Source: an uncultured Bacteroides sp.
Lineage (GTDB): Bacteria > Bacteroidota > Bacteroidia > Bacteroidales > Bacteroidaceae
Assembly (NCBI GenBank): GCA_947074295.1
Contig: CAMTPC010000004.1
Span: 3 to 64,002, forward strand
Direction of reading: 5' to 3'
DNA length: 64,000 nt
The translations under genes and the position numbers were made by a program. Below the pieces are notes generated by a model, which was given only the letters and a program-made list of their open reading frames with translations, made no database searches and was not told the DNA's origin. Numbering within the stretch: position 1 is the stretch's first letter; every line of letters begins with the position of its first letter. Positions 38,018 through 48,107 of the stretch are shown piece after piece.

Positions 38018-39253
38018 ATGGTGGTAAATCTGATTACATTTGCTTCGACCTTAATGAAGCCCTCTGCTATACTGAGTTCTCATGAGCTTTTATTGAGCGA
38101 ACTGGAAAAACATTTCACTATACGTATTGTCAGTCATGACAAGATAGGAGAACTAACTGCTAATGATTTTAGCATTCTTTTTATCGCTTCGGGTGGCGTG
38201 GAGCGAATGGTAATCCAACGCTTCGAGGAACTTCCTAGACCCATTTACTTATTGGCCGATGGGCTACACAACTCTTTGGCTGCTGCATTAGAAATATCAG
38301 CTTGGATTAAGACGCGTGGAATGAAAAGCGAAATCCTCCACGGAGAGCTTTCGGTCATTATAGAGCGCATCAACAAGCTTTATCAGAATTTTGATGCAAA
38401 ACGAAGATTGCGTGGTACAAAAGTAGGTGTAATTGGTTCGCCATCACACTGGTTAGTATCAAGCAGCGCCGATTATCTTTTAACAAAACGTAGATGGGGT
38501 GTCGAATTTGTAGATATACCACTTGAGAAAGTTTATGAGATTTATCAGCGCATAGAAACAGACGATGCAATATCACTTAGCGAAGAGATTACAGCTAAAG
38601 CTTTGGCCATCCGCGAGGGAAATCAGACTGAGATAAGAAAAGCTGTCAAATTATATTTGGCAGTAAAGGAGATTTGCAAGAACGAAAACCTGAATGCAAT
38701 AACATTGAGTTGTTTCAAACTGATCGACCAGACCGAAACAACCGGTTGTCTAGCATTATCTCTGCTCAATGACGAAGGTATAATTGCAGGATGTGAGGGT
38801 GATTTACAGTCTGTGTTCACTCTGTTGGTAGCCAAAATTTTGATTGGCCAGGAAGGTTTTATGGCCAATCCTTCATTGATTCATGTTAAGCAAAACGAGG
38901 TAGTATTGGCACATTGCACCATTGGAATGAATCAGACTGAGCAGTTTATCATACGCAGCCACTTTGAGACAGAAAAAGGCATAGCCATACAAGGTGTTTT
39001 GCCAACAGGTGAAATCACACTATTCAGATGTGGTGGTGAAGCATTAGATGAATATTACCTTTCTAAAGGTACACTTTTAGAAAATACCAACTACATCAAC
39101 CTATGTCGTACGCAGGTGCGTGTCAGACTTGAAACGCCAGTCACCTATTTTCTCAAGAATCCTTTAGGCAATCATCATATCCTCCTTCGCGGCGATCATG
39201 CCAATTTATTGCATGAGTTCATGCAAAGCAATAGTTGCAAACGCGCAGAATGA
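38018..39253 (+). CDS. L-fucose/L-arabinose isomerase-like protein
   Basis: NSLAAALE, CF..I....TTGCLALS.LND.G..AGCEGD, FMANP, AHCT, CRTQ, GNHH. Confidence 0.75.
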   Translation: MVVNLITFASTLMKPSAILSSHELLLSELEKHFTIRIVSHDKIGELTANDFSILFIASGGVERMVIQRFEELPRPIYLLADGLHNSLAAALEISAWIKTRGMKSEILHGELSVIIERINKLYQNFDAKRRLRGTKVGVIGSPSHWLVSSSADYLLTKRRWGVEFVDIPLEKVYEIYQRIETDDAISLSEEITAKALAIREGNQTEIRKAVKLYLAVKEICKNENLNAITLSCFKLIDQTETTGCLALSLLNDEGIIAGCEGDLQSVFTLLVAKILIGQEGFMANPSLIHVKQNEVVLAHCTIGMNQTEQFIIRSHFETEKGIAIQGVLPTGEITLFRCGGEALDEYYLSKGTLLENTNYINLCRTQVRVRLETPVTYFLKNPLGNHHILLRGDHANLLHEFMQSNSCKRAE

Positions 39254-39267
39254 GTAAGTCGATGGTT

Positions 39268-40107
39268 TTAGCCAATCGGTATATCCATCCACTTGCCTCC
39301 ATGAAGTTCGCGAACTGTTTTGATACCAGCCTTCTCCAATAGCCGCAATGCCTCTGGACGGTTGGTATTGATGCGTTCGGGGTAATGCGAATCACTATTT
39401 ACCAAAAGAGGCAGATCTAATTCCTTTAATAGATGAAAATGACATTCATTAGGGAAAAAGACATTAAAAACATCGTATGATTTTGTATTAATCTCGACCA
39501 TCAATTGATGTTTTGATGCCGATTCGAAAAGTTCAAGAATCAAACTCTGATACCAAGGCTCTTTCATTATTCCCGGTTGGCAATATTCCGCATTAAAATG
39601 CAGTTTGTCAGGATGTCCCAATATATCAAATCCTCCGAGTTCTATCATACGCATTTGTCGATAGAAATAAGCCTGAACCAAACTCTTTAAATCCCCATCA
39701 AAATGTTGTGAGACAATATCACTAAAGATTGGTGCCGCTACATCTATATCAACTGTTTCACCATTCACATCCTGCAAAAGATGCACAGATCCTATTCTAT
39801 AGTCCAGTGGCAATTCTTGAAAAATAATTGATGAAGGATTATATTCATCATTCAGATAGTCTATTTCTAAACCCAGATAGAATTCGATTTGATCATTATA
39901 TTTTTTCTTTAGCCAAGAAAACTCATTCAAATAATGCTCCATCTGTTCCCACTCCATACTCCAAGGCGTGTGATAGGGCAATGGTGCATGCGATGAAACA
40001 CCATAAGAAGTAAAGCCTTGCGCAATGGCAAAGCGAAGGAATGATTCCATATCAGCTCTACCATCACAAAACAGGCAATGACTATGATAATTGGTTAGAT
40101 TACTCAT
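39268..40107 (-). CDS. PHP-family histidinol-phosphatase-like (HisJ/HisK)
   Basis: NYHSH..CDG, SSHAP, GLEID, DYRIGSVH, GHPD, EINT, NSDSH. Confidence 0.85.
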   Translation of the reverse strand: MSNLTNYHSHCLFCDGRADMESFLRFAIAQGFTSYGVSSHAPLPYHTPWSMEWEQMEHYLNEFSWLKKKYNDQIEFYLGLEIDYLNDEYNPSSIIFQELPLDYRIGSVHLLQDVNGETVDIDVAAPIFSDIVSQHFDGDLKSLVQAYFYRQMRMIELGGFDILGHPDKLHFNAEYCQPGIMKEPWYQSLILELFESASKHQLMVEINTKSYDVFNVFFPNECHFHLLKELDLPLLVNSDSHYPERINTNRPEALRLLEKAGIKTVRELHGGKWMDIPIG

Positions 40108-41972
40108 GATTCTATCTCGCTAAGTTCGAGCCAACGCATTGTTTTTTCATCAATCAATTCATTCACCTCAGGAAGGCGTTTGGATTTCTCTGTCAATTGC
40201 TCCACACTGAGTTCGCCACTGCATAGTTGCGCTTCAATCTGTGTTTTTTCGTCTTCTAAGTCGGCAATCTCACTCTCAAGTTGTTCGTACTCGCGTTTTT
40301 CTTTGAAGGTCATTTTACGTTTATCGGATGTCGATCTTACTCGAGTAACTTTCTCTTCTATCTGCTTAACCTCTTCCTTTTCCTTCTGCTCTTTGGCTTC
40401 TTTCCATTCACGATAGTGTGTGTAGTTCCCTGGGAAATCGCGTATATCACCATCACCATTAAAAACCATAAGATGATCCACCACCTTGTCCATGAAATAG
40501 CGGTCATGCGATACCACTATAACACATCCTCCAAAATTCTTCAGATAATCTTCCAATACATTCAGCGTGATGATATCCAGGTCGTTTGTTGGTTCATCAA
40601 GAATCAGGAAATTAGGGTTTCGCATCAGAACCGTACAAAGGTATAGGCGGCGCTTTTCCCCTCCGCTTAACTTATGTACATAGCTATGTTGTGTTTCGGG
40701 CGTGAAAAGAAAATGTTGCAAAAACTGCGACGCTGTAAGCTTCTTGCCATTTCCCAGTTCGATAACCTCTGCAATATCTTGTACTACATCGATCACCTTC
40801 ATCTGCTCATCAAATTGCAATCCATCTTGCGAATAATAACCAAAGCGCACTGTCTCGCCAATATCAAGTGTTCCACTATCAGGCATTACCTCACCCATCA
40901 GTATTTTCAGGAAAGTAGATTTACCCGTACCGTTATTTCCGACGATTCCCATCTTTTCATATCGCGCAAAGATGTATGAGAAATCTTTAAGGATCCTCAA
41001 GTCGCCATAACTCTTATACAAATGGTCAGCTTCGAAAATTTTACTTCCTATATAGGAAGATTTAATTTCTAGCTTCACGTTAGAATTGTTCATTCGTTGC
41101 TTAGCTACTTTTTCCAAGTCATAGAAAGCCTCTTCGCGATAGCGAGCTTTGTGTCCGCGTGCTTGCGGCATACGTCGCATCCATTCCAGTTCGGTGCGAT
41201 ATAGGTTGTTGGCACGTTCTATCTCTGCACTCTTTGCTAATATACGTTCCTCGCGTTTTTCCAGATAGTAGCTATAATTACCTTTATAGGAATATATGGT
41301 GCGATTGTCTATTTCTATTATCTCCGAACAAACTCTATCCAGGAAGTAGCGATCATGCGTCACCATCAAAAGACTCAAGTTTGTACGTTGTAAATACTCT
41401 TCCAACCACTCTGTCATATCTAAATCCAGATGATTAGTAGGCTCATCAAGAATCAACAAATCGGGTTCAGTTATCAAAGCATTGGCTAGTGCAACACGTT
41501 TCAGTTGCCCACCGGACAACTGTTTTATAGGTTGGTCAAAGTTGCGAATCTTCAGTTGCGACAAGATCTGCTTGGCCTTTTGCTCGTATTCCCATGCATG
41601 TAGGAGGTCCATACGCGCCAAAAGTTTATCCAAACCAGGATGCCCTTCTGTCTCCAAACATTTCTCATAGTCTTTAATCAATTGCACCACTTCATTGCCA
41701 TGATAGAAGCACGCTTCCAATACCGTCAAATTCTCGGGATAACGTGGATCCTGTTCCAGATAACCCACTTTAAGATCACGACGAAATGAGATAGTTCCAT
41801 TATCATAGCCCTCTTTTCCGGCAAGAATATTTAGAAGAGTTGTTTTCCCTCTACCATTTTGCGCTATAAGACCTATGCGTTGCCCTTCGGATATACCGAA
41901 GGAAATATTATCAAACAAAACCAAGTCTCCAAACGATTTGGTCAGATTTTCTACTTGTAAATAAGATACCAT
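40104..41972 (-). CDS. ABC-F family ATPase (Uup/YfmR-like)
   Basis: Two ABC domains (NGRGKTT, LSGGQ, LDEPTNHLD; NGTGKST, LSGGEK), C-terminal coiled coil, no TMs. Confidence 0.92.
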   Translation of the reverse strand: MVSYLQVENLTKSFGDLVLFDNISFGISEGQRIGLIAQNGRGKTTLLNILAGKEGYDNGTISFRRDLKVGYLEQDPRYPENLTVLEACFYHGNEVVQLIKDYEKCLETEGHPGLDKLLARMDLLHAWEYEQKAKQILSQLKIRNFDQPIKQLSGGQLKRVALANALITEPDLLILDEPTNHLDLDMTEWLEEYLQRTNLSLLMVTHDRYFLDRVCSEIIEIDNRTIYSYKGNYSYYLEKREERILAKSAEIERANNLYRTELEWMRRMPQARGHKARYREEAFYDLEKVAKQRMNNSNVKLEIKSSYIGSKIFEADHLYKSYGDLRILKDFSYIFARYEKMGIVGNNGTGKSTFLKILMGEVMPDSGTLDIGETVRFGYYSQDGLQFDEQMKVIDVVQDIAEVIELGNGKKLTASQFLQHFLFTPETQHSYVHKLSGGEKRRLYLCTVLMRNPNFLILDEPTNDLDIITLNVLEDYLKNFGGCVIVVSHDRYFMDKVVDHLMVFNGDGDIRDFPGNYTHYREWKEAKEQKEKEEVKQIEEKVTRVRSTSDKRKMTFKEKREYEQLESEIADLEDEKTQIEAQLCSGELSVEQLTEKSKRLPEVNELIDEKTMRWLELSEIES

Positions 41973-41982
41973 AAATCTTTTA

Positions 41983-42810
41983 TTATCCGTTTAATGCCTG
42001 TTTATAAGCATCTTCTACACTCCATGTTTCACCAGCTTTTACTTTGCTCCATACCAACTTCATGGGATCGACCAAACGACCATCTGCAAATTGAAGTACA
42101 GGCGCTTCACGATTGCCGTCTACAAGAGTCAACCATTCCACATTATCTACCTCATTGGTCACGATGACACAGATGACAATTCCCAAAGCCAACCAAAGAT
42201 CTTTCTTCTTTGGAGCGATCAAACCTTCATCCACTAATTTCTGCAATTTAGGGAGATCAGGCTCATGTCCTTGAAAATCTTGTTTCATACGATTCTTAAC
42301 CTCCAAAGAGGCCCATTCATAACTCTCGTTTATTAAGAATATCTCAGAAAGACGCACAGGAATCAATTCTAACGGATATTTCTTTTCAGTAGAACGAACT
42401 TCTATTGACTGTATCACTTTTAATGCCTCGTCTTTACTAGCGCCTTTTGATACTGTGAAGGAGCAATCAAAGACGACATCACCAGCATCTATCACCCACC
42501 AATGCGTGGTATAATAAGCCTCATCCTCCATGAACATCTCTTTACCATAGACACACGAATAGTCGCCCACACTAATTGGTTGCGCGGATGGATTGTCTTT
42601 TAAAGTTTGCTTTAGAGTCGATGCGCCATAAGATGTCCCCGTTTTTCGATCATTCTTTCCACGAAAAGCTGATATTCGGAAATTTCCCGACCAATTCTCG
42701 GGGTCATAGAAAAGGAAGGAATCTTCGCTATCTTCAAATTCGTTCCACGTTGCAGGATAGAGCATAGAAAACCATCCACCAGGTGCTATAAACTTTTTAT
42801 TGAGTATCAT
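41983..42810 (-). CDS. DUF3805/DUF3806-like conserved Bacteroidetes protein
   Basis: KKFI.PG.WFSM.YP..W.EFED.E.SFLFY.P..W.GNFRISA; start uncertain (42810 or 42828). Confidence 0.7.
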   Translation of the reverse strand: MILNKKFIAPGGWFSMLYPATWNEFEDSEDSFLFYDPENWSGNFRISAFRGKNDRKTGTSYGASTLKQTLKDNPSAQPISVGDYSCVYGKEMFMEDEAYYTTHWWVIDAGDVVFDCSFTVSKGASKDEALKVIQSIEVRSTEKKYPLELIPVRLSEIFLINESYEWASLEVKNRMKQDFQGHEPDLPKLQKLVDEGLIAPKKKDLWLALGIVICVIVTNEVDNVEWLTLVDGNREAPVLQFADGRLVDPMKLVWSKVKAGETWSVEDAYKQALNG

Positions 42811-43323
42811 ACAAGGATATATATTCATTAATAGAATCAGAGGCCATTTGACTTCCGCTCACAAAAATACATCTTTGCCATTATCAGTCAAAGTGTTCGA
42901 CCAAAACATTTGCGAGTATCTACCTCTAAAATACGTATTAACGAGAGAGCTTCTTGATTTATAACAAATATTTGTTGAAACCAAGTATAAGTGGGAGCAA
43001 CTCGGGAAAACATTTCCGATAGTTTAGCTTTACTCTCCCCATACACTATAAACTATAGTCTATTTCTAGTTTTACTAACACACATCTGCAAACAGATTAT
43101 AATCCACCCTTGAATTGATTAGTGAGTAGCGTTATATACCATGGTGCACAAGGCTATGCACGGAAGTGTATCAGTGTATACACCAGGAAAATCAAGAAGT
43201 CCCACTCACTAAATGCTGCTTGCGCTAAATTAAGCTCTGCGCAGCGTTATTTTTTTATCAAACCAAGAGAGCTTCTAAATAGATTTATAATTTTGCAATA
43301 TACTTTGCAACAAATCCGTTGAG

Positions 43324-43353
43324 TGTAACATAACTGTAACATTTGTTTCAACA
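43324..43353 (+). promoter_or_regulatory. OmpR/PhoB-type direct repeat TGTAACA-N4-TGTAACA (pho-box-like)
   Basis: Perfect heptamers at 43324 and 43335 (11-bp period), a degenerate third copy, upstream of the response regulator. Confidence 0.6.
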
Positions 43354-43429
43354 CTACGTAATAAAGAAAACCCTATTTTGCAGTGAGATTAAACAAAGTA
43401 GTACATTCCATTTTAAAAAGACATACACT

Positions 43430-44119
43430 ATGAGTGATTACCGTATTTTAGTTGTTGATGACGAAGAGGATCTATGTGAGATTCTAAAGTTCAATTTAGA
43501 GAATGAAGGTTATGAGGTCGATACAGCCAATTCGGCTGAAGAGGCTTTAAAAATGAACATCAGTAGCTATAACCTTTTGCTACTCGATGTAATGATGGGT
43601 GAAATTTCAGGATTCAAAATGGCCAATATTTTGAAGAAAGATGTCAAGACAGCTAGTGTGCCTATTATCTTTATCACTGCAAAAGACACTGAAAACGACA
43701 CGATTACCGGCTTCAATCTAGGTGCAGACGACTATATCTCTAAACCTTTTTCGCTTCGCGAGGTCATAGCACGCACAAAGGCCGTGCTAAGACGTACCGC
43801 CGAAACAGAAGCCAATAAAGCACCAGAACAGATCAGTTATAAAACACTAACCATAGATATAAGCAAGAAAAAGGCTATTATAGATGGAGAAGAGATATCG
43901 CTCACGAAGAAAGAGTTTGAAATATTATTCTTACTTCTTCAGAATCAAGGACGCGTATTCTCCAGAGAAGATATATTGGGGAAAGTATGGAGTGATGAAG
44001 TATATGTACTCGATAGAACCATCGATGTAAATATCACTCGCCTGCGTAAGAAGATTGGAGTTTATGGTAAATGCATAGTGACGCGTCTAGGATATGGTTA
44101 TTGCTTCGAAACAGAATAA
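43430..44119 (+). CDS. OmpR/PhoB family response regulator
   Basis: VVDDE, LLDVMM, ITAK, GADDYISKPF, winged helix RTIDVNITRLRKKI. Confidence 0.93.
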   Translation: MSDYRILVVDDEEDLCEILKFNLENEGYEVDTANSAEEALKMNISSYNLLLLDVMMGEISGFKMANILKKDVKTASVPIIFITAKDTENDTITGFNLGADDYISKPFSLREVIARTKAVLRRTAETEANKAPEQISYKTLTIDISKKKAIIDGEEISLTKKEFEILFLLLQNQGRVFSREDILGKVWSDEVYVLDRTIDVNITRLRKKIGVYGKCIVTRLGYGYCFETE

Positions 44120-44121
44120 AG

Positions 44122-45897
44122 ATGGATTTAGAATCAAACAACAAACAATTTCTCACTTTTAGCCGAAAATTATTTCTTTCGGTTGTAGCGTTATTTATCG
44201 TTTTCTCAATCTGCTTCTTGTCTTATCAGTATCAGCGTGAAAAAGTATATAAAGTAGAACTGCTTCATAGCAAACTGCAAGACTACAATGCACGACTGCA
44301 TGAGAATTTCGACTCTATACCCAACATCAATGAAATCGTCGATTTCCTGAACGATAATATAGTGACAGACCTCCGTGTGACGGTGATTTCTCACGACGGA
44401 CATGTGATTTATGACACATCGGAAAACGACACTAGTAAGATGGACAATCACAAGAATCGCATTGAAATTCAGGAGGCAATAAAAAAGAAAAAAGGGTATG
44501 CCGTTCGACGAACATCTGAAACGACGGGTGTCCCCTACTTCTACTCTGCTACCAATTATCCCGATTATATCATTCGGTCTGCCGTGCCCTATGACGTCAC
44601 TTTAGCCAACTATCTAAAAGCTGACGCTCATTTCTTTTGGTTTACTGGTCTCATCATATTGATTCTATTATTTATCTTCTATAAATGGATCGAAAGACTT
44701 AGTACTTCGATCAATCAACTGCGCGAATTTGCTATGCGTGCTGATCGCAATGAGGCGATCGATATGGATATGCATCTGAGATTCCCGCACAATGAATTAG
44801 GAGATATCTCACAACACATCATCCAAATCTATAAACGTCTGCATGAAACAAAGGAAGCTTTGTATATAGAGCGCGAAAAGCTCATCACTCATCTACAAAT
44901 CTCACACGAGGGACTTGGTGTGTTCAATCGCAATAAAAAAGAGATTCTGGTAAACAATCTATTTACCCAGTTCTGCAATCTTATATCTGATGATTATCTC
45001 GAGACTGCCGAGGATGTGTTTAGCGTGAAAGAGTTCAAGGATATCAATGACTTCATCAACAAGTCGCATACACGTCGATGGGAAAATGAAGAAAAACGGA
45101 TGTCGATGACAATACACAAAAGCGGGCGGACATTTGTAGTCGAATGTATCATGTTTCAAGACCTCAGTTTTGAAATCAGCATCAACGATATCACTTTAGA
45201 AGAGGAGCAAAGCAAGATGAAACGACAACTTACACAAAATATAGCCCACGAGCTTAAGACGCCCGTTAGCAGCATACAGGGCTATCTTGAAACAATGGTG
45301 AGCAATGATCATATCCCACGTGACAAGATGAATGTTTTTCTTGAACGCTGTTATGCCCAAAGCAATCGTTTAAGCCGCTTGCTCCGAGATATTTCAGTAT
45401 TGACTCGCATGGATGAAGCCGCCAATATGATTGATATGGAAGTGATTGATATCAGCCAATTGGTAGGTGGCATGATTAACGAAGTTTCGCTCGAATTAGA
45501 GGAAAAACAAATCCGCGTCACCAATCTACTTAAAAACAATATAAGGATAAAAGGAAACTATTCGTTGATTTATTCCATTTTCAGGAACCTTACGGATAAT
45601 GCGATTGCCTATGCGGGTGCCAATATTAATATCACGATTAATTGTTTTCGGGAAGATGAGAACTTCTTCTATTTCAGTTTTGCAGATACCGGCATCGGAG
45701 TCGCTCCCGAACATTTAAATCGCTTATTTGAAAGATTCTATCGCATAGACAAAGGACGATCGCGAAAACTAGGAGGCACAGGATTGGGTCTTGCTATTGT
45801 CAAGAATGCTGTAATCATACACCGTGGTAGCATCTCAGCAAAAATCAATAGCCATGGAGGTTTGGAATTTATATTCACATTAGCCAAAGATAAATAA
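44122..45897 (+). CDS. Sensor histidine kinase (PhoR-like)
   Basis: 2 TMs, NH.NR.EI periplasmic motif, HELKTP, NL.DNA, DTG.G, FERFYR.DK.RSR..GGTGLGL. Confidence 0.92.
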   Translation: MDLESNNKQFLTFSRKLFLSVVALFIVFSICFLSYQYQREKVYKVELLHSKLQDYNARLHENFDSIPNINEIVDFLNDNIVTDLRVTVISHDGHVIYDTSENDTSKMDNHKNRIEIQEAIKKKKGYAVRRTSETTGVPYFYSATNYPDYIIRSAVPYDVTLANYLKADAHFFWFTGLIILILLFIFYKWIERLSTSINQLREFAMRADRNEAIDMDMHLRFPHNELGDISQHIIQIYKRLHETKEALYIEREKLITHLQISHEGLGVFNRNKKEILVNNLFTQFCNLISDDYLETAEDVFSVKEFKDINDFINKSHTRRWENEEKRMSMTIHKSGRTFVVECIMFQDLSFEISINDITLEEEQSKMKRQLTQNIAHELKTPVSSIQGYLETMVSNDHIPRDKMNVFLERCYAQSNRLSRLLRDISVLTRMDEAANMIDMEVIDISQLVGGMINEVSLELEEKQIRVTNLLKNNIRIKGNYSLIYSIFRNLTDNAIAYAGANINITINCFREDENFFYFSFADTGIGVAPEHLNRLFERFYRIDKGRSRKLGGTGLGLAIVKNAVIIHRGSISAKINSHGGLEFIFTLAKDK

Positions 45898-45898
45898 T

Positions 45899-45947
45899 AA
45901 AGAAAACGTAGCCATAGAACAATCTCTATAGACTACGTTTTCTTTTT
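45899..45947. terminator. Terminator between the convergent kinase and queF
   Basis: AAAGAAAACGTAG..CTACGTTTTCTTTTT. Confidence 0.75.
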
Positions 45948-46057
45948 GGAAACTATCTGTGTCTATTTCAACATCAAACAATTTATTTTTATTAATCTTG
46001 AGCTTTCCCCACTATTTCTTCAATCTGAATATCAGCTCTTTTTTAGCTTTAAGATTC

Positions 46058-46513
46058 TTATTCATGTCTTAGCAAGCGCTGATGGGCCATTTCTTCATAC
46101 TTAGTACCAGGACGTCCATAGTTGGCATAAGGGTATATAGAGATGCCACCACGAGGAGTAAAGATTCCAGTCACCTCAATATATTTAGGATCCATTAATT
46201 TAATAAGATCTTTCATGATGAGATTGACACAGTCTTCGTGAAAACCACCATGGCTACGAAAGCTGAAAAGATAAAGTTTAAGACTTTTGCTCTCCACCAT
46301 TTTCACATCGGGCAAATAACTGATACGTATCTCTGCAAAATCGGGTTGACCCGTGATAGGACATAGGCTCGTGAATTCTGGACAGTTGAAGCGCACCCAA
46401 TAATCATTCTCTGGGTGTTTGTTATCAAATGCCTCAAGCACTTCGGGAGCGTAGTCCTGCTTGTATTCTGTATGTCTTCCTAATAACGAAAGTTGATCTT
46501 TTAAGTCAGCCAT
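46058..46513 (-). CDS. queF: NADPH-dependent preQ0 reductase
   Basis: [35 protein letters not shown]. Confidence 0.96.
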   Translation of the reverse strand: MADLKDQLSLLGRHTEYKQDYAPEVLEAFDNKHPENDYWVRFNCPEFTSLCPITGQPDFAEIRISYLPDVKMVESKSLKLYLFSFRSHGGFHEDCVNLIMKDLIKLMDPKYIEVTGIFTPRGGISIYPYANYGRPGTKYEEMAHQRLLRHE

Positions 46514-46535
46514 ATTCTTTTAATTATTTAAGTTA

Positions 46536-47198
46536 TTACTTATTATCACGCATTGCAAGATAAGTCATCAATCCTTCATGACGCAATTGGCATGCAGGAC
46601 ATTGACCACAACCATCACCTTGAACTCCATTGTAACAAGTCAATGTATCATTGCGAATGATATCAAATACACCTAATTCATCAGCCAGCTGCCAAGTTTG
46701 AGCTTTATCAATCCACATTAGGGGAGTATGTAGCACGAATTGCTCTTCCATGGCTAGATTCAAAGTCACATTAAGCGATTTAATAAAAGCATCTCTACAA
46801 TCTGGATAACCACTGAAATCTGTTTGCGACACACCAGTCACGATATGATTCACCCCCAGTTCGCGCGCATAAACTGCAGCGATACTTAAAAAGAAAAGAT
46901 TACGTCCAGGCACGAAAGTATTGGGTAGGCTATTCTTCGGCTTTTCTTTATCCATCACTACAGATAAATCCGTAAGAGAGTTATGTGAAAGTCCCGCAAT
47001 GAATGAGACATCCATTATGCGCAAATCAACGCCTGCATTTTCGGCAATATTCTTAGCCAAATCAACCTCGTGAACATGCTTTTGCCCATATACAAAACTC
47101 AGTGCATACACTTTTTTAAAATTCCTTTTTGCCCAAAATAGACAGGTAGTGGAATCTTGTCCACCACTAAATACGACTAAAGCTTCTTCTTTGTTCAT
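46536..47198 (-). CDS. queC: 7-cyano-7-deazaguanine synthase
   Basis: [28 protein letters not shown]. Confidence 0.96.
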   Translation of the reverse strand: MNKEEALVVFSGGQDSTTCLFWAKRNFKKVYALSFVYGQKHVHEVDLAKNIAENAGVDLRIMDVSFIAGLSHNSLTDLSVVMDKEKPKNSLPNTFVPGRNLFFLSIAAVYARELGVNHIVTGVSQTDFSGYPDCRDAFIKSLNVTLNLAMEEQFVLHTPLMWIDKAQTWQLADELGVFDIIRNDTLTCYNGVQGDGCGQCPACQLRHEGLMTYLAMRDNK

Positions 47199-47202
47199 AT
47201 TC

Positions 47203-47883
47203 TTATATATCTTTTACTTTAAGTACATTGTAGGAAATATCTTCGTCATATACATCACTACCTTCTACCTTCTTGATATAATTGACAACGATGATAGTGA
47301 CGGGTAAAATGATTATCTCATAGACGGTTTTCAAGATAATTTGCACAGCCATCATTAGCAATAATTCGCGAAAAGGAATAAGACCAGCAAATGCTATCGG
47401 GAAGAAAACTATGGAATCGCCTGTCTCGCCAATTATAGTCGAAAGGACAGCACGTGCAGAGAAGTTCTTGCCGCCACTGGCCACTTTCATTTTACTCATG
47501 ACGTATGCATTGAGAAATGAACCAATGAGGAAGGCAGTCAAGCTGGCAGCAACAATTCTGGGTGTCATACCAAAAACAAAATTGAAGTGCTCCTCGCCTT
47601 CCCAAAAGGGAGCGGCTGGCAAAGCGACTGCCAACATGCCCATACCAGCCACAAAGAAGTTCATCAGAAAACCGCTCCAGATAATGAGACGTGCTTTCTT
47701 GAATCCCCAAATCTCGGCGATACAATCATTGATAATATAAGAAATAGGAAAAACTAGCAATCCGGCAGTCATTGTTAAACTACCTATCTGAATCACTTTA
47801 GTCTCGAGAAGGTTGGCTGCAATTAAACATACGTTAAACAATATGCCGAGCAGCATGAAGGGTATAGATACTTTTTCTTTCAT
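47203..47883 (-). CDS. yhhQ: Queuosine precursor transporter (VUT family)
   Basis: N...TK, FP.SY..ND...E.WG, RI..AS..AF, R...ST..GE..DS; first gene of the que operon. Confidence 0.9.
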   Translation of the reverse strand: MKEKVSIPFMLLGILFNVCLIAANLLETKVIQIGSLTMTAGLLVFPISYIINDCIAEIWGFKKARLIIWSGFLMNFFVAGMGMLAVALPAAPFWEGEEHFNFVFGMTPRIVAASLTAFLIGSFLNAYVMSKMKVASGGKNFSARAVLSTIIGETGDSIVFFPIAFAGLIPFRELLLMMAVQIILKTVYEIIILPVTIIVVNYIKKVEGSDVYDEDISYNVLKVKDI

Positions 47884-47921
47884 CTTTCCTGTTTTTTACG
47901 TGGTGTTCTAGAATACACGAC
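47884..47921 (-). ncRNA. preQ1 class I riboswitch-like element (variant)
   Basis: CGUG-UAUUCUAG-AACAC-CACG-UAAAAAAC-AGGAAAG-AUG: P1 stem, UUCUAG loop, ACAC, A-rich tail, directly before yhhQ-queC-queF. Confidence 0.75.
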
Positions 47922-47962
47922 CGCTATTAACGGCATCATACATATTTAAATTTTATTGAGCA

Positions 47963-47970
47963 CAAAAGTA
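47963..47970 (-). promoter_or_regulatory. Sigma-A -7 box of the que operon
   Basis: TACTTTTG on the minus strand, upstream of the riboswitch. Confidence 0.6.
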
Positions 47971-48107
47971 GAGTTATTTCCCAAAATAATAAAGTAATTA
48001 GCAGTATTTATGCTGAAAACACGAAAATTAGACAAAAATACCTTTTGAAACACAACCATTTCTTATTAAACGTTGTTTATGATGCATTCACCTAAACTTA
48101 ACTTACA

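Noticed and set aside
43122-43322. 66-aa GTG ORF
   Set aside because: No recognisable motif, and it spans a terminator-like hairpin.
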